Below, in pieces: positions 25,425 to 37,105 of a stretch of 64,000 nucleotides of DNA; position 1 is the first letter of the stretch; each line of letters opens with the position of its first letter. The notes under the pieces are model-generated. The model saw nothing but the letters and a program-made list of their open reading frames with translations, had not been told where the DNA came from and did not search any database. Origin of the DNA: Chrysemys picta bellii (lineage: Eukaryota). The stretch is from assembly GCF_011386835.1 (NCBI RefSeq), contig NC_088795.1, positions 52,576,001 to 52,640,000 on the forward strand. The letters run 5' to 3'. A program made the position numbers and the translations under genes.

Positions 25425-25678
25425 AAAAAGAATGAGGAGTACTTGTGGCACCTTAGAGACTAACAAATTTATTTGAGCATAAGCTTTTGTGAGCTAAAAC
25501 CCACTTCATCGGATGCATGCAGTGGAAAATACAGTTGGAAGATATACACACACAGAGGACATGAAAAAATGGATGTTGCCATACTAACAATAATGAGAGT
25601 AATCAATTAAGGTGGGCTACTATCAGCAGGAGGAAAAAAAACTTTTGTAGTGATAATCAGGATGGCCCATTTCCAACT
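25425..25678 (-). mobile_element. Penelope-like element terminal fragment
   Basis: Same family as 31767-32160; carries a mutated hammerhead motif at 25477-25516. Confidence 0.8.
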
Positions 25679-25756
25679 GTCCTAGTATAATTGTGCTGCA
25701 GAGGTATAAAGTTTAATCAGTAAACAAATTATAGGACTGACATTCAGACTGTAAAT

Positions 25757-25807
25757 CAGAGGTTCTTGACCTATTTACCAATGTGGGCTGCATCCACACT
25801 ATATATG

Positions 25808-25839
<32 letters not shown>

Positions 25840-26586
25840 ACCTCTACATCTGCAAAAAAAAAAACAAGGTATAGTATTTATTATATGACAGCAATATAAT
25901 TCAAATCAATATAGTACCTTTCATTTCAACACTGGCAAATGTCTAACAAGAGCATTTTAAATTAGCAAAATAAGTCAAAACCATTATCAGCCCTTCCCCT
26001 CTCCCTCCGCAACACTTGGCTTGCACACATGCCTGCCCTGCAGAGACAGGGGCTCTGTCCAGGGCAGAATGGCCCCCCTAGTGACTGCCCCCTCCAGCAT
26101 CCAGGCCCCCAAGCTAACAACTACTCACATGCCCCCAAAGGTTGCCCCCCAGCACTCAGCTGCCCCAATCCATGGACTGCCACCAGTCCTCACCTAGAGT
26201 CTGTCCCGCATGCACCGGCTGCACCCTCTCCTCGTGCCCCTGTACCCCCATCCCCATGGTCATTGGTCTTCTATCTTGGCTGCATATAGCTCAGCCATGC
26301 AGCCCACCCTGCTCACCTGCTGCTGAGGTCCTAGTGCTGGGGAGTCTACTCCAGCCAGGTCACTGAATCCGCAATCCTGTGGGATATGGGGGTGATGAGC
26401 ACCCTAGCCTCCTGCCGATGCTTCTGGATCTGATCCTGCCAGGGGCTAATCCTGCACCACCCCATTTTTGCACCCCACCCCTGCCGGCTCTGCGCCCACA
26501 GCAAGTGTCCCTCCCTGGTTCCAACCCTCAGGATGTCAAGTGGGCTGCAGTTGTATGGTGATTGGGCTGCAGGTTGAGAACTGTTG
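25757..26586. mobile_element. Older non-autonomous hAT element
   Basis: Degenerate TIRs CAGAGGTTCTTGACC / GGTTGAGAACTGTTG; perfect TSD CTGTAAAT at 25749-25756 and 26587-26594; contains (CA)n at about 25812-25838. Confidence 0.82.
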
Positions 26587-27829
26587 CTGTAAATAGTTAA
26601 ATTAATCAATCTTTATAGTATGCTGACTATTTCGCTTTGGGGACTGATCCAACTCCTGATTAAGTCTGAGTCTTTCCACTGACTTCACTGGGAGTTGTAT
26701 CAGTCTCACTTGTTCCCCAGTCATACAACTGGTTCCACGCAGGTGGACCATTGCACCTGAATGGAACCCCAGTAGTGGAGTAAGCTGAAAGACTGATTCT
26801 TAATCTTTCCTAATGGCGCCACTTGGCATATATTACTACCTTTGCTGAGCCCTGAAGATGTTCTATAAATCAGTGGACAATAACACATAAAAACCTAAAT
26901 ATCCTGATTTTTTCCCCCCTGTTAAATTAATAATATTTTGAATTAGCTTGGATTGGGGGTACAGGGTTGAGTGGATCATAGGCTGATGTGTGCAAAATTT
27001 CACCCTGGAATGGATTTTTATGACAAAGCTTTAAATTCCAGAAAACAAGGACTCAATAAATATGTTGACTAGAAAGGATAAAGAAATAGTGCTAGAAATA
27101 AATACTGTACTATATTAGTGTTTTAAAAATAATACACTAGCAAAGATATCTCACTAATGCAGAGGGCAGGGCAGTTGTCTATCTGTAACAATAGGAAATG
27201 TAGTGCCTGAGACTATATATCTCCAACTACAGCCCTGTTTTGAGCCCTGAAGGTACAGTGTTTGACATGTGGTTTCCAATGTCTAATGACAAAAATACTT
27301 CAAGGTATGTGGCTTTTAAAGATATGTTGTTAGCGAAAGTGACTTACAGGCTTCTTCAGGCCTCTGATAATTAATGCCTCGATCCTGCAATTGGCTCTCT
27401 ATTGGAAAGCCAATTGCAGGAATAGGACCTAATTTACTTAGATTATGTTTTAGATTAACAAAAAACAAAATGGAATGTGTGACTTTTGTGGGGTTACCCC
27501 CATCCCCCTGAATTAAAGGAAGGCTCAGGTTCTGAAACAGTTCTCAATCTCCTTTGAAAGCTTGGGTTACATATCTCAAATTGTGAGGGGTGGGAGATTT
27601 TAGGCCAATCACATTACCTACCAATAACTTCTCATGTTGTACTGTTACAGATCTCTGATCTTCAGAGTGACACTCATCTGGGGGTTTAAGATTTATTTTA
27701 GATGCTTATTTTTCCTTCAGAAACCAGAATTACTTGAACAAGACATTTTAAAAAAAGTTGGCTGCTCCTTTATAATTGCAATGTAGATCTGGGCAGTTGA
27801 TTGTATGCACGAGTAACTTATCATTCTTT

Positions 27830-27961
27830 AAAAAGAACGAGGTGTACTTTGGCACCTTAGAGACTAACACATTTATTTGGGCATTTGTTAGCCTCTAAGG
27901 TGCCACAAGTACGCCTCGTTCTTTTTGCTGATACAGACTAACACGGCTACCACTCTGAAAC
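27830..27961. mobile_element. Penelope-like fold-back remnant, centre deleted
   Basis: AAAAAGAACGAGG..GGCACCTTAGAG.. and its reverse complement, followed by the GATACAGACTAACACGGCTAC tail. Confidence 0.78.
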
Positions 27962-28197
27962 CTTTTCATTTTTTATCCTTCTCCTAACTTTTTTTTCTTC
28001 TCATAAGTATCTTATTTTGAAAATACAAACCTTGTTTTTAAAATGCCCCAGGAGTGTAGAAGAGTGCATTGGTGGAGCCAAATACTCTTTCATTTCTTAC
28101 CCAGAAGAAATGCCCAAGGAATTCTGCCAAAATAGACACGTCAAGTCTTGACCCTCGCTAGGATATGGCCATTCAAGAGGGTTAGCACTGGAAGCTG

Positions 28198-29262
28198 ATA
28201 AGGTGGATACAAATCAATGTTGTTGTTGTTTGTTTTTTTAATGAAAAAATATATTTTTATTTTAAATTAAATACAAGTTTAGTTTTAAAAAAATAAACCT
28301 ATTCAGGATTAAATTTGAAATTGACAGCTTATGCTAAGGCCTAAACTACTTATAATCTACTAATCATTTAAATACAAAAAATATTAAGCATTATATATTT
28401 GCTGCCAATAGTTTAAAGAAAGTCAAAGCACTGAACTGGCAGAAGTACTGGAACTAAGCATCTGGAGCTAGAGTTTGTTGAAGTAGTAACCCAGCTTTTG
28501 TCAACAGCAGCTTCTTCTGCAGATGCAGAGAGAAGATTCTCTTCATTTCAGTTTAATTAGTTCAGTTCTGTGACCAGTCGATTCAAAGGTAAAAAACCAC
28601 TGTGAGCTTTAAAAACAGGAAAACTTTAAGAATAAACTGTAAGAATAAAACTGGGTTTGAGAGGATGAGATCTACTAATTCTAAAATTTTGAAGGACATG
28701 GTGACTAGAAATAACCAGTTCAATTCACTAACTGCAGGTCCTACTTCCTTTGTTTAGTAAATCAGTTATTTTTAAATGCAAAAAATAAATGTTTTGATAA
28801 ATGTTTTTCTTACGTATCCAGCACATTTAAGGTAATTTTCTTTAATAAGAAAATCATAAAATGCTGTTTAAGCATTTAAATTGAATTTGAATTTCCATCC
28901 ATGCAGAGTCTGAGATAAATCAGAAGTAAGAAAATAATAATCTAATAAATAAGAAATGTATCATTCACTATTTTCTAACATAAAAATTGAGAATCTGAAT
29001 AAATAGAGATATAATTACTTAAACGTGTTAAGATACACTATATCTTGGATTGTCAAAGGAGCACCAAATTTAGTTTAAAAGCTATATTTAGTTGCAAATC
29101 GGCATGTTTTAATGGTTACCAACCATGGAGAATCAGCCTTTCTTTAGAAAAATAAAAATACTAATGCAAGCTATGATTAAAATCAATTATGTAAATAAGG
29201 TTTCCTGCTTGCTGATTTTAATTGATGATTTAAATTACTTTGACTTAAATCAATCCGCCATG
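28198..29262 (+). mobile_element. Internally deleted hAT with transposase C-terminal remnant
   Basis: Perfect TSD GAAGCTGA at 28190-28197 and 29263-29270; ends near CAGGGTGGAT; FAANSLKKVKALNW / KHLELEFVEVVTQLLSTAASSADAERRFSSF matches the hAT dimerisation motif. Confidence 0.85.
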
Positions 29263-29771
29263 GAAGCTGAAGAATACATTTGGTATTGTACATCCAAGGA
29301 CTGTGGAACTTCAGAGCAGTTAACTGTTTCCTGCTGTAATAAGTGGCCAATACATACCTCCTCGTACTGTGTAATTCACAGAGCAGTAGGTGGTTCAATT
29401 TAAGTCTGGGAGAGGCCTGGCTTCAGTGATGCTATGCCTTGTTAGAAGAAACAAGAGCCCATCTCTAGCAGCCACAGTTACCAGAGTTTTTACAGGAAAA
29501 GCTGATCTCCTTTTGAAAATTCAGATTATCAGGGGTAGCTATCCTTTTCCTTCTAGATCTGCTACTGAAATTGTGCTTCACTTCACCTGATAGGTGCAGA
29601 ATTTTCATTATGACTGTTCTGAAATACACTATATTGCATAGTTGGAAAGCACTATAATTACTCTCTTGCTGAAGACCTGGGTCCAGTTTCTTTTATGCTA
29701 GTGTAACTCCATTGGCTTCAGTTATCCTAATTTACATGGGTTGCTGAATGGGAGATGAGGTGCATGATGTA

Positions 29772-29929
29772 TGTAACCCACACTCCTCCTGGGTGTGGTG
29801 CTCTGTCCCCTCTAGTGGCACCGAGACCACTTAGAGATTAATGAGTCTGCTATAGCCTTAGCTAAGAGCCATGTGGCTTTTAGCTCATGTAGTAGAGGCT
29901 CATATACTAAGCTCCAGAGGTCCCAGGTT
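29772..29929 (+). mobile_element. tRNA-related short element, copy 1 (3'-truncated)
   Basis: Starts TGTAACCC; A/B-box-like segments TAGCTCATGTAGTAGAG and GTCCCAGGTT; inverted homolog at 30205-30393. Confidence 0.65.
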
Positions 29930-30204
29930 GGGTAAAGATACTGAATTGGACTCCTATATACAAGAGCAATTTTTCTGTGGTTGTTGGCATGAATTCTTAT
30001 TAAATACACTCTTAATAAAAGGGATTAATTGTAGTGGTAGAAAAAAGAGCGTCTCTTATGCCACACTCCTTTTTGAGGTGAGATCTATTAAAAGGGAGCC
30101 CTCTAATAAACAAAAGAGAAAACTTCGATAAGAACTAGAAGAAAAAGGAAGCATGTCCTAAGCTTCAAAGGCTTCCCAGTTGATATCCCAGACAAGTCCC
30201 CACT

Positions 30205-30393
30205 TGTAATGCTGACAGACCCTGGTTGTTGGTGGGCAGGATCAAATCTGGGATCTTTGAAACTAAATGCATGAGCTTTTACTGCATAAGCCACATGGCT
30301 TTTAACTAAAGCTCTCAGACTCATTAATCTCTAAGTGGTCTCGGTGTCACTAGAGGGGACAGAACACCACACCTAGGAGGTGAGTGGGTTACA
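30205..30393 (-). mobile_element. tRNA-related short element, copy 2 (TG...CA bounded)
   Basis: Reverse complement aligns with copy 1 over about 150 bp; termini TGTAAT / GTTACA; no TSD found. Confidence 0.65.
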
Positions 30394-31076
30394 TGGACAC
30401 TAAATCTTTCAAGGTGTTGTCTTCAATTTATGGCTTAGGTGACTTCAGCTGCGATCTCCTCACATACTCTTGCACAGAAAGCAGCAATGTGATTGGTGTT
30501 CTGAATAATTTTTCCCAGATTTGTCATTTCTGAGGCAAACAGGCACAGACTTGGTGTAGGTGGAAAGGATTTCTGAAACTGCAGCCAGTTCCATGTGGGA
30601 ACGGGAGACAGAGAGAGCTGTGGGTCTATAGTGGAAACAAAGCTTTCTTTTGTGTATTAGTATTCTCAGTTTAAAGAAACATTTGCTTTAGTTAAACATG
30701 TTTCACTCCAAATAGAAACATCTGTTTCTTATCTCTAAATTATCCATAATAACTTGTGTAATTGTTCTTACATAACTAGCTGTCTGTGGCAATTTACAGC
30801 CCAAGAGGTGTTCTAGTAATTAAACTCATCCTCTTACTTTATGGGAATGACTTTTGCATACTACGTATGAACAAGTGGAATAGAAGGAAGAAACTATTCA
30901 AATCACTGGTCATGTACCATAAGTGCTGTTGAACAACCTGCCTAATCAGACAGAACTAGATTGGTGGGCTGAATAACAGACTTTATTTTAAAGTCCAGCA
31001 CTTAGGGTTAAAGTTTTCAAAAGAGCCTGAGTGATTTAGGAGCCTAATAGCTTCGCTGTGCCAATTTAACCACTTA

Positions 31077-31360
31077 GGCCTGGTCCCCACTAAGCCCCCA
31101 CTTCGGACTAAGGTACGCAAATTCAGCTACGTTAATAACGTAGCTGAATTTGAAGTACCTTAGTCCGAACTTACCGCGGTCCAGACGCGGCAGGAAGGCT
31201 CCCCTGTCGATGCCGCGTACTCCTCTCGGCGAGCTGGAGTACCGGCGTCGACGGCGAGCACTTCCGGGATCGATTTATCGCGTCTTAACCAGACGCGATA
31301 AATCGATCCCAGAACATCGATTGCCTGCCGCCGGACCCTCCAGTAAGTGAAGACGTACCC
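31077..31360. mobile_element. PIF/Harbinger MITE
   Basis: TTA TSD at 31074-31076 and 31361-31363; ends GGCCTGGTCCCCACT / AGTGAAGACGTACCC; two near-perfect internal hairpins; CpGs largely intact. Confidence 0.88.
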
Positions 31361-31766
31361 TTAGATTCTCCTCAAACCTTTATCTTGTACATGACACGTT
31401 GTCAATCATGTTCAATTTAGGGGTAGAATTTTCCAAAGTGCTTGAGGGACATTTTACTTGTGGTCTGCTATTGTGGACAGTGAGTTATGTACAAGACAAA
31501 GATCTGAGGAAAATCTAAGTTATGGTCTGTGCATCGCATCACTGGGGAGAACACATCAGGGTAGATGTCAGGATAGTGATAGATATGTAAAATTATGGCT
31601 CTCAAATTTCCTGAGACCAGGGATTATTTACGATATTTTCCAAAATTCACGGGACAGTCCCATTAAATGCTTTAACAATTAATCAGAATGTCTCTTTTTC
31701 TACCCTTTTCCTCTGCTTTCTTTTTGGCTCTGTCTGGGCTTCCCCCAAGAAACTCTTCAAACTATC

Positions 31767-32160
31767 AAAAAGAATGAAGAGAACTTGTGACGCCTTAGAG
31801 ACTAACACATTTATTTGGGCATAAGCTTTCGTGGGCAAAAACCCACTTCATCGGATGCATGCAGTGAAAATACAGTAGGAAGATATATATACACAGAGAA
31901 CATGAAAAAATGGGTGTTACCAACTCTAACGAGACTAATCAATTAAGGTGGGCTATTATCAGCAGGAGAAAAAAAAACTTTTGTAGTGATAATCAGGATG
32001 GCCCATTTCAAACAGTTGACAAGAAGGTGTGAATAACAGTAGGGGGGGAAATTAGCATGGGGAAATAGTTTTTACTTTGTGTAATGACCCATCCACTCCC
32101 AGTCTTTATTCAAGCCTAATTTAATAGTGTCCAGTTTGCAAATTAATTCCAGTTCTGCAG
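31767..32160 (-). mobile_element. Penelope-like element 3' part with ORF C-terminus
   Basis: Minus strand 32158-32072 reads AELELICKLDTIKLGLNKDWEWMGHYTK* (GLN motif ending PLE GIY-YIG ORFs), followed on the same strand by a hammerhead motif. Confidence 0.85.
31819..31858 (-). ncRNA. Minimal hammerhead ribozyme motif (CCGAUGA core variant)
   Basis: GCAU-CCGAUGA-A-GUGGGU-UUUU-GCCCAC-GAA-AGCU-U-AUGC. Confidence 0.6.
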
Positions 32161-32277
32161 AGAAACTTGGGAACTTGCTAGCTACCAACAGCTGCTTCTG
32201 GGAAAGCATTACTGTTTCCTGATTACAAGCATTATTAAGATGCATAAGGACTTAGGGGAAGTCCCCTAATTTAAATA

Positions 32278-32466
32278 TACCTCTACTCTGATATAACGTG
32301 GCCCGATATAACATGAATTTGGATATAACACGGTAAAGCAGTGCTCTGGGGGGGTGAGGTTGCACAGTCCGGCAGATCAAAGTAAGTTCGATATAACGCG
32401 GTTTCACCTATAATGCGGTAAGATTTTTTTGGCTCCCGAGGACAGTGTTATGTCGGGGTAGAGATG
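32278..32466. mobile_element. Tc1/mariner (Tigger-like) MITE
   Basis: TA flanks; ends TACCTCTACTCTGATATAAC / GTTATGTCGGGGTAGAGATG; inverted homolog at 53968-54161. Confidence 0.85.
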
Positions 32467-33218
32467 TAAATAGGGGAAGAGGAGAGCCCAGGATTCCTGT
32501 AATACAGCACGTAACTCGGCTTCCTGCTGTAGGGCTGCTTCTTCTTTTTTTTTTTTACATCTAACAGGCTATCAGCTGTGATCTGGCTAGTTTACAAATC
32601 TAAAATGCTGAATAAATATTTTGATTGGCCTCTAGAAAAACATTACTTGGAATTTAAAGACATTACAGTATCATGTGATGTGGTTATGGTGTTAGACTTG
32701 TTCACTAGTAAGATTTTAATGTATTATCCTAGCCCAAATCTGTATACATTCTAGATCTTTTACTAGACACAAGAACAGTGTCTCATCTCAGCTACTTCTT
32801 AGGTTTGAACAGAAAAATAATCTCTTTTGCCCCCTTAAATCTATTCACCTCTTTTGAATTATTTTTCTCAAACTCTCCAAAAAATACTCACTTTGGGTCA
32901 AGACAAAACCTGAAAAATGTTCAGCTCAAGGTGACTTCTAAAAAAGTTATGAATATATGTTCTGAGATTATAATGAACGTGTGTTCACTGTAATCTCTAT
33001 TGCAGTCACTCCTATGGCACTGTTCTAATACAGAATACTTTCTAACATGATGAATGTTCAAGTTGCTCATCTTTTGGTACTAACGCTGTCCATAAAGCCC
33101 ATATGTTGACTAACAAGCATAAGAAAAAAATTCATTCAAGAATCTTTTTCTTGACTCAGCATATTAATAACTGTAATAGCTTATTTAGTTTTGCTTAACT
33201 ATAAAAGTTTACTGTAAC

Positions 33219-33498
33219 GAGGGCTGTCTCTAGGTTTTTTGCCGCCCCAAGCAAAAAAAAATTTGCCTGCCCCCCACCCCAGCTCTGGGCTCTTTTACCC
33301 CTCCCTGTGTCCTCCCCCACCCGCACCCCCTGCCGCCCCAGCCCTGGGCTCTCTCTTCTGCCTCTCCCCTCCCCCCGCACCCCAGCTCTAGGCTTTTGCT
33401 GCCCAAAGCAAAACAAAAAAAGATGGCCGGAATGCCGCCCCTGAAAATGTGCCGCCCCAAGCACGTGCTTGATTTGCTGGTGCCTAGAGCCGGCCCTG
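33219..33498. mobile_element. hAT MITE carrying an E-box
   Basis: Ends GAGGGCTGTCTCTAGG / CCTAGAGCCGGCCCTG; perfect TSD ACTGTAAC at 33211-33218 and 33499-33506; CACGTG at 33462. Confidence 0.88.
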
Positions 33499-33798
33499 AC
33501 TGTAACCACTTAACCAAAAATATTTTCCACGCTAGCCTTGATTGTTTGAAGCAATTCTGCCAAAGGCCACTAGATGTCCCTACTTGACTAGTTTGTTCAA
33601 TAAAAAAATGGTCATGTGATGTTCGGACTTACATTTATGCACCTTTCACCATTTAACTTTGTTTACCGTATTGACACTGGTGCATCCTTGCAGCTTAGCA
33701 GGTGTGTATGCAAGATAACTATTCTCTTTGTTTACTGTTTTGGAATTGTGTTGGAGTATTGCAAAACCTGTGCTCAACTTAAATGCTGAGCTCTTGGG

Positions 33799-33975
33799 CA
33801 GTGCTTAATTTGTAATGAAAGAGGGGCTGAGACTCAAGCAATTAGGTGCTGGGGTTCAAGAAATTTTCTTACTTTCATAACTGACATGCAAAGCCCATAG
33901 GGCCGGGGCTACAAACTGCCTACTTAGAGGTGCTGGGTCTGAGCCCTAGCGAGCCCCAGCACCAATTAAGCACTG
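33799..33975. mobile_element. hAT MITE
   Basis: TIRs CAGTGCTTAATT / AATTAAGCACTG; TSD CTCTTGGG / CTCTTGGT. Confidence 0.85.
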
Positions 33976-36900
33976 CTCTTGGTTAATACTGGAAGTGTTT
34001 AGAAGCTTCCATGTATGTACAAACTAGTAAATGTTTTATATAATTAACCAGGTATCTGGCAGCTGTAAGACAGCATCTCCATGTATTTCTGTGAGAAAGG
34101 AGAGCATGTATAGATAACCAGTTATTTTTGAATATATTTAAACTTGATGTTTAATTTTAACAGCTATATGGGGCTTTAAGTCCTACCAGAAGCTTTAAGT
34201 ACCCAACCTGCTATATTACTTTTAAACTACTAGTAAATATCAGAATTTTAAAAATATTTTATGTTATCTTATTTGTCTTTATGGTAAACCAAACATGAGA
34301 ACGCCAGTTCTGCAAAGAATCTGTTGCAGGAGAGGCATCCGCTTCCTCCAGAGTAGAAGGTCAGACCACTTTCTTCTTTTTATAATTAAAGTATAGATCT
34401 GCTGCTAGATCAGGAGCAATGGATTACAAGGAGAAGAAGGCTGAAATCCTTTACAGAAAAGCATTTCACTAGATAATACTGCTATAAGTAGAGGAATGGC
34501 ACAGTTGGGAAAGAATAGATTAAAAAACCAAACAAACACACAGGAGCAGAATGTAGGGCTGCCGGGCAGCCCCATGCCAACAGCTCCTCCGGCATGACTG
34601 TACTGCCCCTGTCTTCCACGGAGCTGTACAGACCTCAGACAGGAAACATAGCTGCATGGAAGGGCTGGGGGCGATACAGCCGTGCCAGAGGAGGCCGGTG
34701 CAGTTCAGAAGTCTGTATCCGGTGCAGTGGGAGGACAGAGGTTCCCTACCCCACACCCGCCCAGGTAAGGTGGAATGGGGAGAGCACAGGACTCACGTGT
34801 GGGGGGATCATATGCCACCCCTTTAGCTTGTGCCCCCCTTTGTGTTCCTCCCATAAGTCACCTACGCACTACTGGATCCAGGAAACTGCAGACCAGTAAG
34901 CTTAACACAATTTCTGCTCTGCAAAGGTACTGGGTGGGAGGGAATGGAAGGGGCAGGGGATTGCACCATGTTTCTCTATGTTTCCATATCAAATATGATC
35001 AGTTTATAAGTTAAAAGGGGGTGAAATGGGAGTTTCTAGTTGTTAGCCCTGCAGACTAATCCTGGGCTTTCAGAACCAAGATTATTTCTTTCCTTCTTGC
35101 ACATAATTGAGGAGTAAAAGGCTCTGCAGATACAATTATGCTGTTAGTGACCTCTTGCAATTCCATAGCAAGCCCATTAAAGCCATGGGTATAACTATCT
35201 GAAATGACCAAAACCATTCTGTTGGTGCGAAAGAGAACAGAACCTTCTTAGCTGTTTTGACTCTGCAAGGCTAATATGAGTAGAAAGTTAACACTTTTTT
35301 GTCATGAAAGACAGCACGTGTGATTACACAAGAAGCAGATCTCATGGGTAAGAAGGTGCCACTTTTATGTACTCTTCAGAATAGAAGCACAATTGACTTT
35401 CAGTACATTTTCTAGAAGGTTTAACGGGTAATGAAGCGGTCCCTTTGTAAGAGCTGACATGAAAAAGGGTAGTCAGAGAAGTGAATGACAACTAGGGATC
35501 TAGTCAAGCAAGTCATTATGACACTCTGGTTTATAACAAGCTGAACAGAAAGTGGGTAAACATCTCTAGATGTTTGGTTTGGTTCCACATGGCCCTGGGA
35601 GCAAACCTAAAGATATGTGGATTAGATTAAACTAAAATACTCATTAGGATTTAAAGGAACATGGTCATCTGGGGAAATTAGTCTTTTTAAAAAACAGTAA
35701 CATTTAAGATTACCGTAGACCTTAGTTCCTCTTGTGCCACTGTCACATTGGGCAATCCAGCTCCTCCATTGATTATGGGCACTCACTAGTAGTGGTACTT
35801 CTTCCTAAGTGATGCCAGCACATTCAGCATCCTCGGTCACTGTCTTCTGCCCATTCTTCCTGGGCTTTCCTCGCTTTCTTTCCTCCCTGGGTAAGTTCAG
35901 ATGGGGGATAATATGTGACTTCCCCCCCCAAGTGGATCAGTTTGCCTAGACACCAGAGGTTGTCAGATGTCCAGTGTAATTGTTCCCTAGTTGTGTTCCT
36001 GGGCACTCTTTTAAACATACTTATTGTGGTTTTATAATGGCAGTGGGATTCTGGCATGTGGGTGGCTTCTGACACAACTTCACACATCTTTTGAGTCCTA
36101 TCACTATGGGGAGGTGCTGGCGGGTACTGCCTCCCAGTCAGAGCACCTAGCACTGTGTTCTGCTATAGAATGCCTGCTGTCCTGACCTCTTGACAGCAGG
36201 ACTGCTTCTGTCATGACAGCAGCGGGCTCCAAATCTCTGCTTTCTGTCCCTGCACTGGGCAAAGGCAGGGCAGAGCTGGGCCCAGAAAGCTACCTCCTTA
36301 CTAAATGAGCACCAAAGATGGGTAGGGCCTTCCAGGGGCCACGTGGAAGAAGGATGGGGGAGGGGGGAGTGCTGGGGCTGGCCATGGGACATGTGGGCAG
36401 AAGAGGACTGCAGGGCAAAAGGGGAGCACAGATTTTGCAGGGTACAGGTGAAAAGGCTGCCTGCAGGGATGGGGTTACTAGGGATTGTGGAGTACAGTAG
36501 GGTGGGAATCATTGGAGCTGGAGGGTTGTTGGGGGCCTATGGTGGGGTAGTGAGAGGTGCTATGGGAGCAGAAGTAAAATGTTTGCAGTTGGAAGCGGTG
36601 TTGGGGTAATTGGGCAGACAGACCTTGAGGAAAAAAGGACCTAAGGTGGGGAGGGGTGGAAAAGAGAGAGAGAGAGTCAATGAGAGCACCTAGCTGCCCT
36701 GATTGCTGAAGACTTTAGCCTGGGTAAATAAGTAATCCTACTCCTAGGTCTCTAGGCAGGAAGCCCACAGATTGAGCGGATCCATAACAGGCATAGGGCA
36801 GAGTGCATAATAAGCACCCTCTTGATCAAAGGTACAATGCTACCTATGAAATAAGCTCTGACTGAAATTTACCTGCTGGGCTTATTCCCTAGAACTCAGT

Positions 36901-37105
36901 TAATGGATTTCCACCATGACCTCGGACTGCAATGGGGAAAAAATTCTAACTAAAATTTCCCCTCTCAGCCAAAATGAAACATAGTTTGTTTCAGAAACAA
37001 TGTAGCTGTCTAACCTGCAACTATCCCTTTGTTAATAAGCAAAACACAGGGCCAACATCTGACCAGATTCTCACCCCTTGCTGCTTAGGTTCTGTCACTG
37101 CAGAG

